DNA of 64,000 nt from Podarcis bocagei (GCA_964188305.1 OZ076885.1), one strand, 5' to 3'; numbered from the stretch's first letter, positions 36,843 through 51,543 are shown. The notes: a model not told the origin generated them from the letters alone. Numbers and translations are program-made.

Positions 36843-37771
36843 TAATGAGGTATTTTAATGAGATCTAAACAGAGAGATACCTTAATGGGGGCCACTAGCC
36901 TTTGTCTGAGTCAGTTATCTGGAGTCTGAGTTATTATTTTTTGTTTTTCTGGAACAGATGGAGCAACATAAACTAAGTGTGGTGACTTTAAAGGCTGCTG
37001 CACAAGTTACATTTTAGGTGACAGTGATATGCATTTAGGATTACATCCTACTGAGTTCAATAGAATTTGTTTCAGAGTAATCATGTTTAGGACTGGGATA
37101 CATGACTGAAGTTGTATTTTTCCATTCTGAAAACTTAGCATCTATGTTCCAAAATGTGTAATACCTATAACATACAGCAGGGAAGTTCCAGTTGCCATCA
37201 ATGTTCAGCGGCTTGTTTTCCTGATGCAACGTGTGTGCAAAGTCTTTTCGCTTATCACCATGTAACCAACCAATGGTTCTCACCCATATGTGATTAGGAA
37301 AAAATTGTCCAGGGTGTAAGCTCCAGATAGAAATTAGTTCTGGCAAGTTTTATTTTAGAAACTGAGACTCTATGTGGGCAGTAGCCTTCTTCCACCTAAC
37401 AAAACAATAGTAATAAATCCAAACCTATACCCTCTGCAATAACGGAAGCTCTAGATTGTTAGGGCTAGCATAAACAGAAAGTAGACTGGAAAAGGAAAAT
37501 GTTCCCATGCATGTAATGCAAAACCTTGTCTCAAATGTTGAGTCATAGCTAAACTGGTTTAAGGGAGGTGGAGAACGCAGCTCCACTTTTCAAGGATCCC
37601 AAAGAGCTGTAAAAGGTAGGAACTGAAAACTGGAGGTGGAGTGTTAAAATGAGAGAAGAGGAAGAGAAAAAGGGTTGTTTAAAAACAAAACAAAAAACCC
37701 GGAACCAAATTAGGGGATGAGGGAAAGGAGAAACCTGGCAATAAGAACATGTCTTTTACTGCATCAATAAG

Positions 37772-37917
37772 CAGTGCTTTTTTCCTGGGGGGTATGCAGG
37801 GGTACACATACCCCTAAATATTTTGTGAATCTAGGTTTGGCCTCATTGAGGGGCAGTATTTCAATATAAGTAAGAAAATAAGAGTACCCCTAAACATTTT
37901 TTTTTAAAAAAGCACCG
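37772..37917. mobile_element. hAT MITE
   Basis: TIR CAGTGCTTTTTT / AAAAAAGCACCG; perfect 8-bp TSD TCAATAAG. Confidence 0.88.
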
Positions 37918-38299
37918 TCAATAAGGCATCTTTTTAAGCATAGGAAGACACCATGGCCTTCAGAAAGGGTGAGTGGGGAAGGGCTGTAGCTCAGTGATAA
38001 GAGCACATGCAAAAGATGAAGGTGAGGGAAGATCCCAGCTGGAAACCCCAGAGAGCTGCTGCCAGTCTGTGTAAACAGCATTGGGGTAGAAAGGCTAATG
38101 GCAGCTTCCTATTTAAGACTTCTGGTTTCTCTTCAGACAAACATCTCAGTGCTCTGTTCCTGGAAGCCAACAAACTGGCTGTTTGTGCCCAAGGGAGAAG
38201 TGGGGCAGCAGAAAAGGTGAGTTGGCTGTTCCAAGAGCGCAGCGCCAGCAGCCTTGTCAAGGAGTTTCCTCACTGCAGTGCCGAGCCCAGCAAACCACT

Positions 38300-40000
38300 A
38301 AAAAGCAATCTGGGAAGGAGGACGCCCGGGTGAATCACTGCTTTCTCCTCTTTTGGCAGGAAAGAGCCCTACAGCCCTTCGACAGGCTTTGCGAGTGCAG
38401 CTGTCTGTTCCCTTTTTGCCCCATGGCAGAAAACCCTCCGCCTCGATATCCCCGGAGCCTCCTCGGTGCCTGCTTGTTGCTTCAGCCTGAACTGTGCTCA
38501 GCGGCTTAAAAGGAAAGAGGAGCGACAGGGCCTGCAAACCGCACCGGTTGGAAGGTTGGAATCCCTGCTCGCGTGAGGGCTGCGCCGGAGTCACGCACTC
38601 TCCACATGTGCAGAGGCGCTCCCACTTTCCCTCGCCTGTCCCGACTGAAACCCGGCTCCTTCGGAAGCTGAGCCCCGGCTGCGGTTATGCGAATATCACC
38701 ACCCCATTCCCCCACCCCGCCGCTTTAAATGCGGCCAGCTCAGCCTCTCCTGTTGCTGCTGGGCAGGGCCTCCCTTCATCCCCACGACGACAGCGGGATA
38801 ATTGGATCAGAAGCTCCCTCCCTCTCGGCCCGAGGCAGGAGGGTGGAGGGAGCCTTCTTTTTCTTGCCCAGCGAGCTCGCGCTCCTCGCTCGCCCGCCCG
38901 CAGCCCAGGCCTCTTTGCGCGGGAGTCGCGCCGCGCTCCCCTTCGGAGGTCTCCGGGGGGCTGCGTGGGTCCGCCTACCGCCCGGGAGGCGGGCCGGCCT
39001 CCCCCCTCCCCAAACGCTTCGCTGTCCGTCCGGCCGCTTGAAATAGGGGGAGGGGCGACGGAGCGAACGAGAGCGAGAGTTTGCGCCGCGGGAGAGGAGC
39101 GAGAGGCGGATTGATCCAGGCAGGGTGGGCTTGGCGAGGAACGTGCCCAGCCTTTCCCCCCTCGGACGCTTCGCTGGTTGATCCCGGCGAGCCCCAGGAC
39201 TCCTCTCCGAGCGGGAGTCTCCGGAGCAGCAACTTGGAGAGGTAAGTCTCCTAGTAACCTCCTCTCCCTGCGGGCTCTGCTCGGGGGCTGGACTACTAGC
39301 AGCGTCTCCAACAAGAGCCCATTCTTCTAGCAGGGAAAAGAAAGGGAGATTCTTTTTGGCCCCCCCCCCCCGTTTTGGGAGGGTGGGACCGAGGTGGTAA
39401 GTTCCTTTCTTGGAGCTGTTCCCGAGCAAGGAGCCACAGGATCCCTGTTCCCTTTTTTGCTGCGCTCGACCTCCTGCTCTGCGTCGTGGAAAAGGCGCTC
39501 CGAGCCCTTTCGCCTCGCCAGACAGAGAGCGATTGTCCTCTTCGAGGCAGCAGCTGCGGCAGCTTCGAGAAGGTAACGCAGCAGCGACTCTCGAGGGAGG
39601 GGGGGGGGAGGATAACTGAGTCGTCTTTATTTTCCTCTCAGGACGGCTGGCGGGCGCCCGGGGCTGCTCTCGCCCTCTTTCCACCGTCGTCGTCCTCGCT
39701 CCCCTCCTCCTCCTCTCCCCTAGTCAGGGCTGCTGCGCGTGCGGAGGCGGCGGGGCGCGAGCGCGCTCCGGGTCTCCCACGTTGCTCTCTGCGGACATTC
39801 TTTCCGCTGGATTGCGCGGGGGCAGGTAGGTCGTAGCCCCTGTCCGGGGCAAAACTGCCGCCGCCGCACCCACTTCCAAGATCTCTCCGGTGAAGGAGAG
39901 TGGGAATGGGGGGCGGGGAGGCATGGGTTTCTTATAACGGGTGGGAGGGACAGACGCGCTCGCCAACTTTTTCAGTTTTAAACATTAGGAACTAAGGATT
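38300..40000 (+). promoter_or_regulatory. PACSIN3: PACSIN3 CpG-island promoter with non-coding first exon(s)
   Basis: About 1.7 kb of very high CpG density; several + strand donor consensus sites; the next + strand coding exon is the PACSIN3 ATG exon, which has its own acceptor. Confidence 0.72.
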
Positions 40001-40479
40001 TGGCAGCGTTCTGAACAGGTTTGTTTCATACTTGTGGTCCTCTCCCTCCTCCCCACCCCCTTTCCTGTCATCGCTAAGGCCGATAACTTTCGGGTGGGAA
40101 CCCCTCTGCTAGGGAGCACCCTCGTCTGATTGGTGCGGAACTGGGCTCGGGCGCGGGAGATAAGATGACAGAGCTCCTTTGTGAAGGAGGATCTGGTGCG
40201 AGTGCTTCCCACAATGAAACTGGAAGCCACGGGCCTTGTAGGGGAGTTTAGCAAGAGGGGCTGCCAAAGAGAGTAAAAGCCACTAGGATCCCTTCCTCCA
40301 CACTTATCATTCCCCCCTCCACCATCTACAACTTGATGTTTGAAGGGCTGGGTAAAAACGCTTCTGCTTAGCCACCAAAATGAAATTTCCTCCTGCAGGA
40401 GATGACTGAATATTACAGTTCTGGGCCGATCGGAATTTGATTTGTTTAAAAGGTGGGGTGCCAAATAAGAGTATACTAC

Positions 40480-40521
<42 letters not shown>

Positions 40522-40575
40522 TTTATTTATATCCCGCCCTCCCCAGCCGAAGCCGGGCTCAGGGCGGCTAACAAC
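40480..40575 (-). mobile_element. (AAT)n microsatellite plus LINE (L2-like) 3' end
   Basis: AAT run followed by tttatttatatcccgccc...ctcagggcggctaacaa, a common squamate LINE terminus; family assignment from recall. Confidence 0.55.
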
Positions 40576-43500
40576 AATCAAATAATCAGTCAAATAGTCA
40601 CACAATCTAAAAATAGTTCATTAATTGGTGATATCAAACTAAGTCATACTCTGAGTAGAGCCATTTATATTATATTATTGGCTAGCTTATACTGTAGTCT
40701 AAAATTTAGTTGTTTGTAATATATAGATTGGATTTTTAAATTAATTTAGTATTTAAAGCTTTGGGAATTCCGACTGGAAAGAAGGGGTGGGACAGTTTCA
40801 AGCTGCATAGCTTGTACACTACAGAATTAAAATGGAAGTAGCAAGCCTTGCCAGCAGAAGGTGAGATGCAAACAGCTGCAGTATTACTGCAGTTTTGTGC
40901 TGAGAGGAAAAAGTGGAAGGGAAGGTCCCCTTGTAGATGCTGAGGATATTATCTCTGTACGGTTGAGTGGCATTTTGTTGACGACTTAGGTATGGACATG
41001 CAGACACCAGGGGTTGCTCTCTGAACCTGTGTGATCTTGTTACCTGGCTCCACAGATATTTTTATTTTTATTTTGGGTAACTCTGTCCATGAAGGAAAGA
41101 AGCTAATATGCTGTGCTGATATTCTTGTACAGGGAACTTAATACTGGATTTCTGTTGTAGCAAGAGAGAAAAGACCATCTGTGGTTTGTCCTTTCTTGGT
41201 CATGGAAGAGGTCAGAAGCTCCTCAAAGGAAATGTCAGAGGAGCTTTGCAAGCTGTACAAACTGTGAACCAGTATAACAGCTTTCTGTGCCAGCTAAATT
41301 TTCCCTACTTGTTGCACTTAACACAATCTATTTATTTGAAGGGCTGGTCAAAAGGAGGAGGGAGATAGCCACATGCAGCTTCAAATGTGCCCTTCTGGAT
41401 TTCTCATACAGCAGATGGCTTCCAAAAATCACAAATACCAGGGACAGTAAAGTCAGCCATGAACCTATTTGCATGGAAATGTGTGAGGTTTTTACCGATG
41501 GTTAATAATATAACTCTCAAATGCCTCCCATAGTATTAAAGAGTTAAAACCTTGCTTTAAAAGGCGTATGTTCATTCCACTAAACTTTACCTTGAATAAC
41601 ATTAAGAGGATTTGCAATTATGAAGCAGAGCGTTAAACAAATGCTGGATAGAACTGTTTCTAGGTGTGAGCCGATTGCTAGGTGGAGCAAGAATGGCATT
41701 TCTGCTACTGCATTACAGAGTTAGATGCATTGTGGCTCAGGGGAGGTTTGTTTTGCCTCTGGGTCTTCTGACAGTTCTGGCTGTTGAAGAAACTTAAGGG
41801 CTGCTTAAGTTGACACACATAGTCACCAGTTAGGAAGTAGAAATGTGTGAAATGTACCATAACTGTCTGTCTGCCATCAGTCTGCCATCAGTTTTGGCTA
41901 TTTTATTTTTTGAAATAGTCTTCTTCATACAAAATAATCCCTTCAGCATGCCAAACACATGAGCCTTGCTTCTTCTCAAACCAGACCCCAGGTACTGTGT
42001 AGGACCCCAGGTACTGTGAGGTATAAGATTGCTCCTCTGTTTCCACCAGCCTGACTTTTACTCTCTGCAGAACCATGTTGCTGCTTGCCCTAAACCCGGT
42101 GTATGGGGGAAACTAGAATAGGCGCAAAAACTTTGTGGATTGTAGGACACTGCAAAGTTAACTAGTAGTTTGTCTCTGTTCCTTACACCTTAACTGCAAT
42201 ACTTGTTCGATATAAATTGATGTCATAAACTCACCCTGGAAACAACTGGAATAAGGGAAAATGAGACAACTATACTAGGCTATTTCCAGAGGTACAAGGT
42301 AGCTTTTGGCATGATAAACTGTGATACTCAGTTCTAGGTCAGTCTTTGGTGCTTCTTTGCACTGTTAGCATATGTAATCAAGTAACTGATATCTTAAAAC
42401 TTTGCATGTTTGGGGCCTCGTGCTCAAACAGACGCCAACCACTGGATTTATCACTTAGCATCACCCCAGCAGATCTGTAAATCTTTAAAGCAGGCTGAAT
42501 ACGCCATCCTATAGCAGATCTCTCCTCTTGCCCTCCTGTCAGGGGACCTAACATTTTAGGCCCATTTACCAAGTTTAATTGAAATAAGGGTTGAATTCCT
42601 TTATCTTCATATGCCAGCTTGAAACATAGTTTGATTAGCTGAAGAAAAACATCCTGGCGGAGGGCACGTTTCATTGCCTTGTATAGCAAATGGGTCAGTT
42701 CCTGACCTGGGAGACCATGGAAGCCCTAGAAGCTCAAAAAGAAGTCATAACATGTATAGCGGCATTTAGGAATGGAGCATATATGTGTAGTGATGAGTTC
42801 ACAAGGTTTAAGATAAAGAGGCATTATTTTTTGCAAGTTACTATGCATGTATTTGTTTATTATTTGTGCCCTGCTCTTCACTGAATGGTCCCAGGGTGAG
42901 TTACAAAAATAACACAATTAAAACAGGGACAAATATATATTCAAACCAGAACAAACTAGCCAATGACAAAGTGAACAAAACAACAGCACAGAATAGTAAT
43001 GTAGGAGGAGGAAAAACACCTACCCCAAAAACACCCTATGTAAAGAGAGGTGACCCCCAACAAGGAGCTTCCTGATGCTGCAATATGCCCCTTGTGGGGG
43101 GTTGTCATCCCACAACTGGGACATCTTCTAGACCAAAGTGCCATATTGTGTATTTGTGTGCATTTCATAGCTTATGCTGTGCACATACTTTGTGCACTGG
43201 GTATCCAAGTACGAAAGTAATCAACTGCTTGATCTGTGTGTCAATAGTGAGAAACGTATGTGTGGCCTGTACTGATTAATATATTTGAAGGAAACTGTGA
43301 CTAATCTATCCTGTTGAAGTACAATATTGTAAATCTGTTCTGCTTTAGCATTGTAAACGTGTATCCTTATGGCATTCCTCCTCTCGCTACTGAACTCCTT
43401 TCCTAAAAGACTTTTTCTCGCTGGAGAAGATAAGCTTACCTTATCCATTCCTGCTGAATGGAATGCTCTATTGCCCATTTGGAATGGTGGCTTTTGGCTT

Positions 43501-45771
43501 CAGTGGGTGAGGAGGGAAAATGGGCAAGGGAAGCTGCCCAGGGAAGCTGTTGGAATGCTAGTGATAGGAGGGTGGTTCTCTGCCTTACTGCCACCCAATT
43601 ATTTTATATGATTTGTGCTGTATTTGTGATGCTCTATTGTTTTATTTTGTTAGTGTTATTTATCATTTGTAAGCCCCTTTGCAATTCATTTGAATGAAAT
43701 GTGGCATAGAAAAATAATAAATGAAATCAATCAAATCCTGGCCACTACTGCCTACAAAAAAAATCCCACAGATTCAGCATGGTAGGGTGATGACACTGGA
43801 CTATTCTACAGGGACACATTTGGCAAGCTAGCGTAGCCCATGCTCTCTCAGCCATATTTCCACATTATTATATAGGTATAATAATGATACTCTTTTCCCA
43901 CAACACATTGCAAACTTGTGGGATCACTTTTCTTTGGTATGAGGTAAGAGTTGAAAGATCATGAACTCTATTGCTACATTTTTGTTTTTAGTAGACATAT
44001 TAGTGCCCGTTCACAGCCACACAAAAATCCTGAATGATAATAATGTGGGACAGCAGTCACTTCTCCACCAGAAAAGACCAAAAAAGGAAGTTCCTTCTCC
44101 AGACTTCTCTTTGTTGAACTGAGTAGCTCTGCTTCTTTGAATATCAGTCATTGTTATTTCATTCATTGCTTGCAAACACTGTAATATGGGAGCAAACCTG
44201 ACTAAACAAGTGCTTTATTTTTTAACAGGATAGCTGGGGATTATGGTCCATTTGTGGGGTGCTGCTTCGCTTGTGAATTGTACCTCAGATGCTCCAGGCT
44301 AAACATGTAGTGTTAGATGAACCAAGGCGCTAGCCTCATTCTGCAAATCTGCTGTGACTTTTTTTCCATTAAAAAAAACTTTTGGGTGCTTTAAATAAAA
44401 CTGAACTGATCGGTGCTGCCTGTCATTAAAACAACATTCTTCTAGACTTGAACTAAACATGCCCAAGGCACTAATTGCATTACTTCCAACTTCCTGATGA
44501 ACTCTAGAGGTAGCCTGCCTAGTATTCTCCATGCTGAGTTTGTTCATACAACACAATATTCTTCCTGCATAACAAAAACATTTCTGCATTTAGACAGAGA
44601 TGGATGTTGGAAGGCAAGAAAACTCAAGCTCTTTCTGACCAGGATCTGGCATTAATATGTTAGCAACATAATATGATAGTACAGTATTAGTATATGTCTT
44701 CTGTTGAGATGGATATGTAGGGTAAAAGTAGGGTAAAAGCTGAAGTACAAAGTCAGCTATTGGGAACCATACAGAACAGCAAAGATGTCTTAGGGCAGCA
44801 GCTACTACTTTGTTTACAAAGCTTTATAGAGGCTTCAGTAAAATCTACCTTAAAGGTGAAGGCCTTGCTATAACTATATGGGAAAGCTAAAAACAGTGGT
44901 CTGTCCTATGGAACTCAGTTGAATTGCTCATACTGATGTTCTTATTGCCTGCTGCTAACCTTTAATGTTTGAAAATCTGTAACAACTTTCTGTAGGTATA
45001 TTTACAATGGTATAAATAACTAGACATGGTAGCTGCTTCATTCAAGAGCAAAATGTTGAGTTGAATGAGGTGACTAGTGAAGCTATACAGGATTTTCATT
45101 CTTCTGTTTGATTCTTAAACTGCATTCTCAGTTATACGTTGTATGGGTTGAGCTTCGTAGATTATCAGTTAAAAAACCTATTCTGTTTTCCAAAGAAAGG
45201 TATTATTGAGATGCTGTATTGCGGGATTCCAGATCCTGAGACTGGATATTCTGTGAAATACTTTTAATTTCTTTTTGGGGGACAGAAAATAAAGAATTTC
45301 AAATTTAGACTGAACTGGAACAGATATGCTTGTTGCTTATACGGTTGAGAAGTTTGCTTCTCAAGTGGCTGTGCTTCCTTTAAAACCAAGATGAGCACTC
45401 TGTGGTCCTCCTGATGATATTGGACTCCATCCCCCAACATGCCTGACCATGGGCCATGCTGGCTGGTGGGAGCTGTGGGCCACAGGTTCCCCATCGCTGC
45501 TGTAAAACAAGGATGGCCAGCTGGTGACCTGTGAGTGACCTCCAGTCCTGAAATTAACTTTTTTTCAGGCCCCTATTAAGTTTCAATCATGATAATAATA
45601 ACATATTTTCTAAAGTTTTCCTTTTGAAAAGGAAACAGTTTTCAAAAGTTGCAAGATGTCATACTGCTATAAATACAAAAGCTAAAGAGAGATGCAGTTC
45701 TCGGCCATGTGCGCTATGACTTTGGAGCCCTTACTGTTAGATGATGCCAACTATGTTGCAGGACCTGAATG

Positions 45772-46011
45772 CAGTGGTACCTCTGGATGCGAGCAGGATC
45801 CGTTCCGGAGCCCTGTTCACATCCAGAAGCGAATGCAACCTGCGCGGGTCGCGATTTGCTGCTTCTGCGCATGCGCGTGATGTCATTTTGACCGTCTGCA
45901 CATTCGTGAGCGGCGAAACCTGGAAGTAACACGCTCCGTTACTTCCGGGTCGCCGCAGCGCGCAACCCGAAAATACTTATCCTGAAGCTGCTTCAATCCG
46001 AGGTATGACTG
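45772..46011. mobile_element. Tc1/mariner (Tigger-like) MITE, CpG-rich
   Basis: CAGTGGTACCTC...GAGGTATGACTG|TA. Confidence 0.78.
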
Positions 46012-46731
46012 TACTGATAAAATGTTCAGACTAACCTGCCAAATAAATTTCGGGCCCCAGCCCACCATCTGGAGAGTATAGTGACTCCTGAGACTATAGA
46101 AGTTGGCCTTCCCTTCTCTAACCTTTACACTGACATTACACGGGTATGGATTGCTATATGTGGTGTAAAGAAGGGAGAGGTCAGAATACTGGCAAGCTCC
46201 CCACACCTCTCTCTAGTCATCTGTGTCAGCACTTGCCTCGCATAATCCACAGCCTTCAAAAGAGGTAGCTGAACACAGTATTGACCACACAATGCCTCCT
46301 ACACAGTAGTTTCTAGTCAATTACAGGGCCAGTTTCTGCTTGCTAGTACTGAGCTGTCATATCAGTAGACTAGCATAGGGTAGGTTTAAATCACTGACAT
46401 CAGAACTATACTAGAAAATATATGGGATTGACTTAAAAAGTGTTTTTCTTTTTATTTACAATGTTGTAGTGTTCACTGTTGCTTCTGTAACGTGCCTTGA
46501 GGATGCAAATGAACTGCTCTGATCGCTTGGTAACCTTTTACGTAACTAACTTTATCACAAGTTAAGACAAGTTCTGTCTGAAGAAGGACTGAAAAAGCCA
46601 TTCTGGGAATAGGCTTGGTAAATATCTTAAGGTCACACAAAAATGAGAATGTAAGAAAGGTTGTCTATCATCTATCTATCTATATCTGTCTTCTGTTTTC
46701 GGATGCCCTCTAGCAGATAAGAAGCCTAGGG

Positions 46732-46972
46732 CAGGGGTCAGCAAACTTTTTCAGCAGGGGGCTGGTCCACTGTCCCTCAGACCTTGTGGGGGGCTGGACT
46801 ATATTTTGGAGGGGGGGAAATGAACGAATTTCTATGCCCCACAAATAACCCAGAGATGCATTTTAAATAAAAGCACACAGTCTACTCATGTAAAAACACG
46901 CTGATCTGCAGGCCAGATTTAGAAGGCGATTGGGCCGGATCCGGCCCCTGGGCCTTAGTTTGCCTACCCATG
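46732..46972. mobile_element. hAT (Charlie-like) MITE
   Basis: TIR CAGGGGTCAGCAAACT / AGTTTGCCTACCCATG; perfect 8-bp TSD GCCTAGGG. Confidence 0.9.
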
Positions 46973-49854
46973 GCCTAGGGTTAAACTCCTTAACTGATTT
47001 GTTGTGTATCACCTAGGGCTGTAGAGATTGATGGGATTTGCTACTTTTCAGGCCACTTAGTGTTTGTCCCATCCAGCAGTTTACCTTGGTAATCCTCAAA
47101 ATAAACCTGGCAGGCCAGTATTACTCTGCTCCCATATTAGAAACGGGTGAGAAAGATGAAGCTGAGAGAGAAGCTCTTACTAAGGCCAAGCAGTGAATTA
47201 ATAGTGGGGCTGAGCATTGGACTAGAGATCAAGCTCATTGCGTATGCTCTTAACCTTGCACAGTGTAAAAGTGTGTGCCTCAGCATGTCTGATACTGGTT
47301 CTAAGGCATGTCTGCACACTCATTGGTTCTCTGGTTTCAGAGCATCTCTTTCTTAGTTCCTGGTGTGTTTGGATTTTCCCTAAGCATGACTTGAATAATC
47401 AATCATATGGTTAATGTTAGATTTTTAAGAAGGTCCACTGTCATAACAAGTCACTTATATAGCTGTTTATAGCAGAAGAGCCTGACATATCAGACCCCCA
47501 ATATTGTATATCTGAAGTCCATAGTGGAAAATGTTTTGTTTAATCACAAGTGTTTATAGCCCAATGGTAGCTGCTTTTTCTTTAACCATTGCATCAAACA
47601 GCCTTTTGCCAATGCCCACTCCTTCCTCTCTCCACTCCCCGGTAAGATTGAATGAAAACCGAGGGACATAAAGATGGTGTTTCGAAGTGGTTTCGTCAGC
47701 TTTGATGTGCATTGTAGCCACCATGACCTATTTCAAAATTAAACATTGATTGATCCTGGTTTAAACAGGTTTTGCTTCAGGTTTAAGTGTACTTGTTTGG
47801 CTACAATTGGAATCCTACAAAAAATAAAGTTTTATTGGTGAATCTTAACAGTTGAATTACCAGCTCTAGAGGAATGCATAGTATGCAGTTTGTCTAGTCT
47901 CTCATCCTGATCAACTTTTTAAAGTGGTTAACTATCAAGTGGACTTTGCTTAAAGTCTAAACTAATTTCTTCTATGATGCTCCTGCCCATTTTGTTGCAC
48001 ACACTTCTTGTGAGCTTGTCTTTTTACTGCCTGTGCTTGGGAGTAGGGACTGCGAAACAACAGTGCAACCCAACATTGGCATTGTTGAGCTTAGAGGAGG
48101 AGTTCTTTCTATGTACCTTGATAAAGAGTAGGAAGTAATCTGCAGTACAAGGTGGCATGGCAAACATCTAAGGGAAAGCATACACCTGTGTTTTCAAGTT
48201 ATTTCTGTTTTTGTCCCCAGCCTTTTCCCCTTTATCAGTGTGTGTTCTCTTCTTTGCTGCTCAGGATTTCTTCAAATGACTAGTTTTTCTAGGCTGAAGT
48301 CCTTGGCAGATGTCTACACCTGGATAAGGCAATTGCTGAAGGCTATGGGTGGTTCTACTAAATCACATGACCTGCTATGTATAACTTTATACAGAAATTG
48401 CTCTCTGTATATTCGCTGTGTGCTTTTGCCAACATCTAAATGGAGTTAGTTGTGGTGGAGAACAGACTTAGTGATCCCAAACTGGAAGCATCTTGATAAG
48501 TCTCGCCTGTACTTATAATATGTCTGACAGAGGGCTGCAGAGATAGTATCTGAAACAGAAAACCTGGGATTAAAAGACTCTAATTTTACAGAATGCAGAC
48601 TAGGGCTCTTCTTCTGGAGTGAGATCATGATTCTCCATGTAGAAATGGGCAAGGTGTGCGAGGGTGTATGGAGAGAAACAATTTGCCAGCAATACTAACT
48701 GGGTGAAGAAACATTCTGAGGAATGTGCCTATAGGGAGGTGATTACATTCTCAGAAACCAGCTATCAGTCTAAAGGGTTTGGGTTGTAAACCCGGCTAAT
48801 GCTAGCAACATCCTTCCACTTGAGCCCATGAGCTCAGCGCTTTTTAGAAAATGTCAATACAGTCATGACAATTTAATGCATATAGTGCAAACTTTGTTTT
48901 GCAGCTCTAGAATATTGTGACAGAAGCTGCATGGCCAAGAAGGGAGTATACTTCCCACACCAAGATTCTATTTTTCGTATAACACTATCTTCTGTTAAAA
49001 ATTAATGTAAATATCTGTAATAAAACAAAGTAATGAGGAGGAAGCATTATTTTGCACAGTATTGTGTTCATTACGCAGGCACAATTACTACTGGAACCAA
49101 GTGGAAACCAGCAGTGGACCAGTTTTAAGAATTGCCAGCTAACTTCCTTTTTTCCAACAGGGATGTACCACAGTTAGTTCCTCATGCCCATTGTTTTGAA
49201 AGGGACATTGGAACAGTGTCTTGTTAGGGGGAAATAACACAGTTGCATCCTGCATTCCTCAACATTAAAGCTTTGGCAATGTGGCGAGGAACATAATTGT
49301 GCTATAATGTCATCTTGTTTCTGTGAGCTGTTGTATGGCTTCAAACAGTCTTTTTTCAATATGTGAAAAAAATAAATTGGCACGTCTGGAAAAAACTGTC
49401 TAGCTTAACTTTCTCAGATGGTCACTTTTAAGTTGGTTTTGTTTTTGTTTTAAATGGGGGAAGAGTCAGGCAAGCACATCCCACATGCAGCTTGAAGTGG
49501 TTCAGAACCCCTTGGTTCTGCTGATCGGCATGAGAGGGTAAATAGATAACATTATTAGATCAGACTCTGGTTTTATGATGTGCCAAACCTTTAAAGCAGC
49601 TGTGGTTGATGGGAGCTGGAAAGCACGAAACATTTGGAAGTCAGCAAAGGCTTTTCTAAAGCAAAATTCCCATATGAAGCATGGGCTAAGCAGATCTGGT
49701 TGGTGGCATCTCACTCTAGCCCAGGACAGATCATAAGGAAGAAAGTGGCATCATACGTGGTTAGAGGCATAGACTGCAGAGGAGTGAAAAGCTGTTACTG
49801 GCAACTTCTCATCAATCAGTAGGAAGATCCAGATATAAAACATACAGAGATGAT

Positions 49855-49855
49855 G

Positions 49856-49889
<34 letters not shown>

Positions 49890-50030
49890 TAATTTATTAT
49901 TTATACCCCGCCCATCTGGCTGAGTTTCCCCAGCCACTCTGGGCGGCTTCCAATCGAGTGTTAAAAACAATACAGCATTAAATATTAAAAACTTCCCTAA
50001 ATAGGGCTGCCATCAGATGTCTTTTAAAGA
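49855..50030 (-). mobile_element. (AAT)n plus LINE (L2-like) 3' end
   Basis: AAT run then tttataccccgcccatctggctg...ctctgggcggctt; same architecture as the 40480 element. Confidence 0.55.
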
Positions 50031-50564
50031 TGTCCATGTTGCACAGCTGGAAAGTTAAAAGCTTTAGGACCTAATTGGGGGAAAGTACAGTGAGTTGGAA
50101 GGGCACCTCCAGAGGCTCACAGAGGCTACGCTTTGAAAGAGAGCCATAATTATACTTTTTAGAATGTAGCTCTAAGTACTGTACTTGGGATTTTCAGAGT
50201 AGTTACTTCCATTCCATTGGCACTAACCATCCTTCGAATGTTGTTTCCATTTGAGGACTAAATGGTACATTTTGTTTAATGTTGAGAGAGCTGATAAATC
50301 AGTTAAATCTGGTCTCCTTTCCATGCTGAGGAAAATGTCGTCACCAAGTTGTTGTTTTCCATAATTTACCATTTATTAAGGAAAATAATAAAACACAGCA
50401 AATTCGTAACTATTTGTTATGAATCATGCCAATTTTTGTAAATCAACGCTCATAAAAACGTTCTGGTAACACGTCTGAGCACATCTAAATTCATAGGTTT
50501 TAAACTCCATTCTGTACTTTCACTTTCAACAAATTTGAATCAATATCGTAACATCTATTCTTTC

Positions 50565-51072
50565 TTCTTTTTTTAAAAAAAAATTATTAAAGTTTTCTTG
50601 GTTTACAAAGGTATGCGCAATGTCTCTTTTTTCAAGTTACATTTTCCATAGGTCAGTTTCATCTGTTGAGACATTAGGGTTACATTAGGAAGAAGGAGGG
50701 GGGGAAATGGAGGGGGGAAAGGCGAGTGGGGTTGGGAGGCAGTGTTTCTATTTTTCTTAATGTATGTGTGATGGGTTTTGTGTCAGAGTCGCTTGTGCGG
50801 GTTTTCTTTACTATTCACTTTTGTTTCTTTGCTGGTGAGAGAGGTTGGGGTTGGCCTAGGGTGTGGTTCCTTGTTTGTGATTGGCTGTGTTGAACTTTGT
50901 TTTCATGTGTGAGTGGGGTGGGTAGGTGTTTTTTTGAATCAGGTTAGCCGTATTGATTCGTATGCTGTTGGTGGATTCTTGTCGTTGTCTTGTTGGGCTG
51001 TGTATGTGATAGAGGGGAGCCATACTGGGGTGAAAGTATCTTCTATTTGTCCCCTTGTCAGTTTCAGGTTTT
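50565..51072 (-). mobile_element. 5'-truncated L1-like LINE (ORF2 C-terminus, 3' UTR, A-rich tail)
   Basis: Minus strand reads NLKLTRGQIEDTFTPVWLPSITYTAQQDNDKNPPTAYESIRLT*, then a C/A-rich UTR and an A-rich end. Confidence 0.55.
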
Positions 51073-51543
51073 TCATGGATGGTGGGCCCTCCCAACTCAA
51101 CTCTTCCATCTGCTGTTCCTAGGCATATCTATCCCTGCACTCCTTTTCCCCTCCCCAACCAAAGAGGCCTCTAAATTCTGCAGAATAGGCTGGTGTACAG
51201 CTGTTGGTCTCTAGGGTTCTACCTCTGGACAGCTCTGAACTTTTATGTTGTCTTGGATTTTCTTCTTGGAGGAAGTAATTGAGTAAACTAGTTAATACCA
51301 GCAGAAGTGTGAACAATGAATCTCTCCATCATCAAAGCAGAGGAACTGATTACAGTGAGTAACAGAAAAATGGAGTTGGAGTAAATACCCCCCCTTTCCT
51401 ATCCTTTTGCTCCATTTTGTAATAGCTACACAGCCCTTCATATTAATGAATCCCAATAAATGTATCTTTGTCTTCACAAAGTTTTTTTTAAAAGAGTTTT
51501 GTTCTGATATAATAGCTTAGAAGTCCCCCCCCCCTCCAAAATA

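Noticed and set aside
38494-39981. Long ORFs of 150-302 aa on both strands
   Set aside because: Overlapping Arg/Pro/Gly-rich frames expected from stop-codon scarcity in a CpG island; no recognisable domain.
39985-40719. ORFs with poly-Tyr or poly-Ile
   Set aside because: Translation of the (AAT)n microsatellite.
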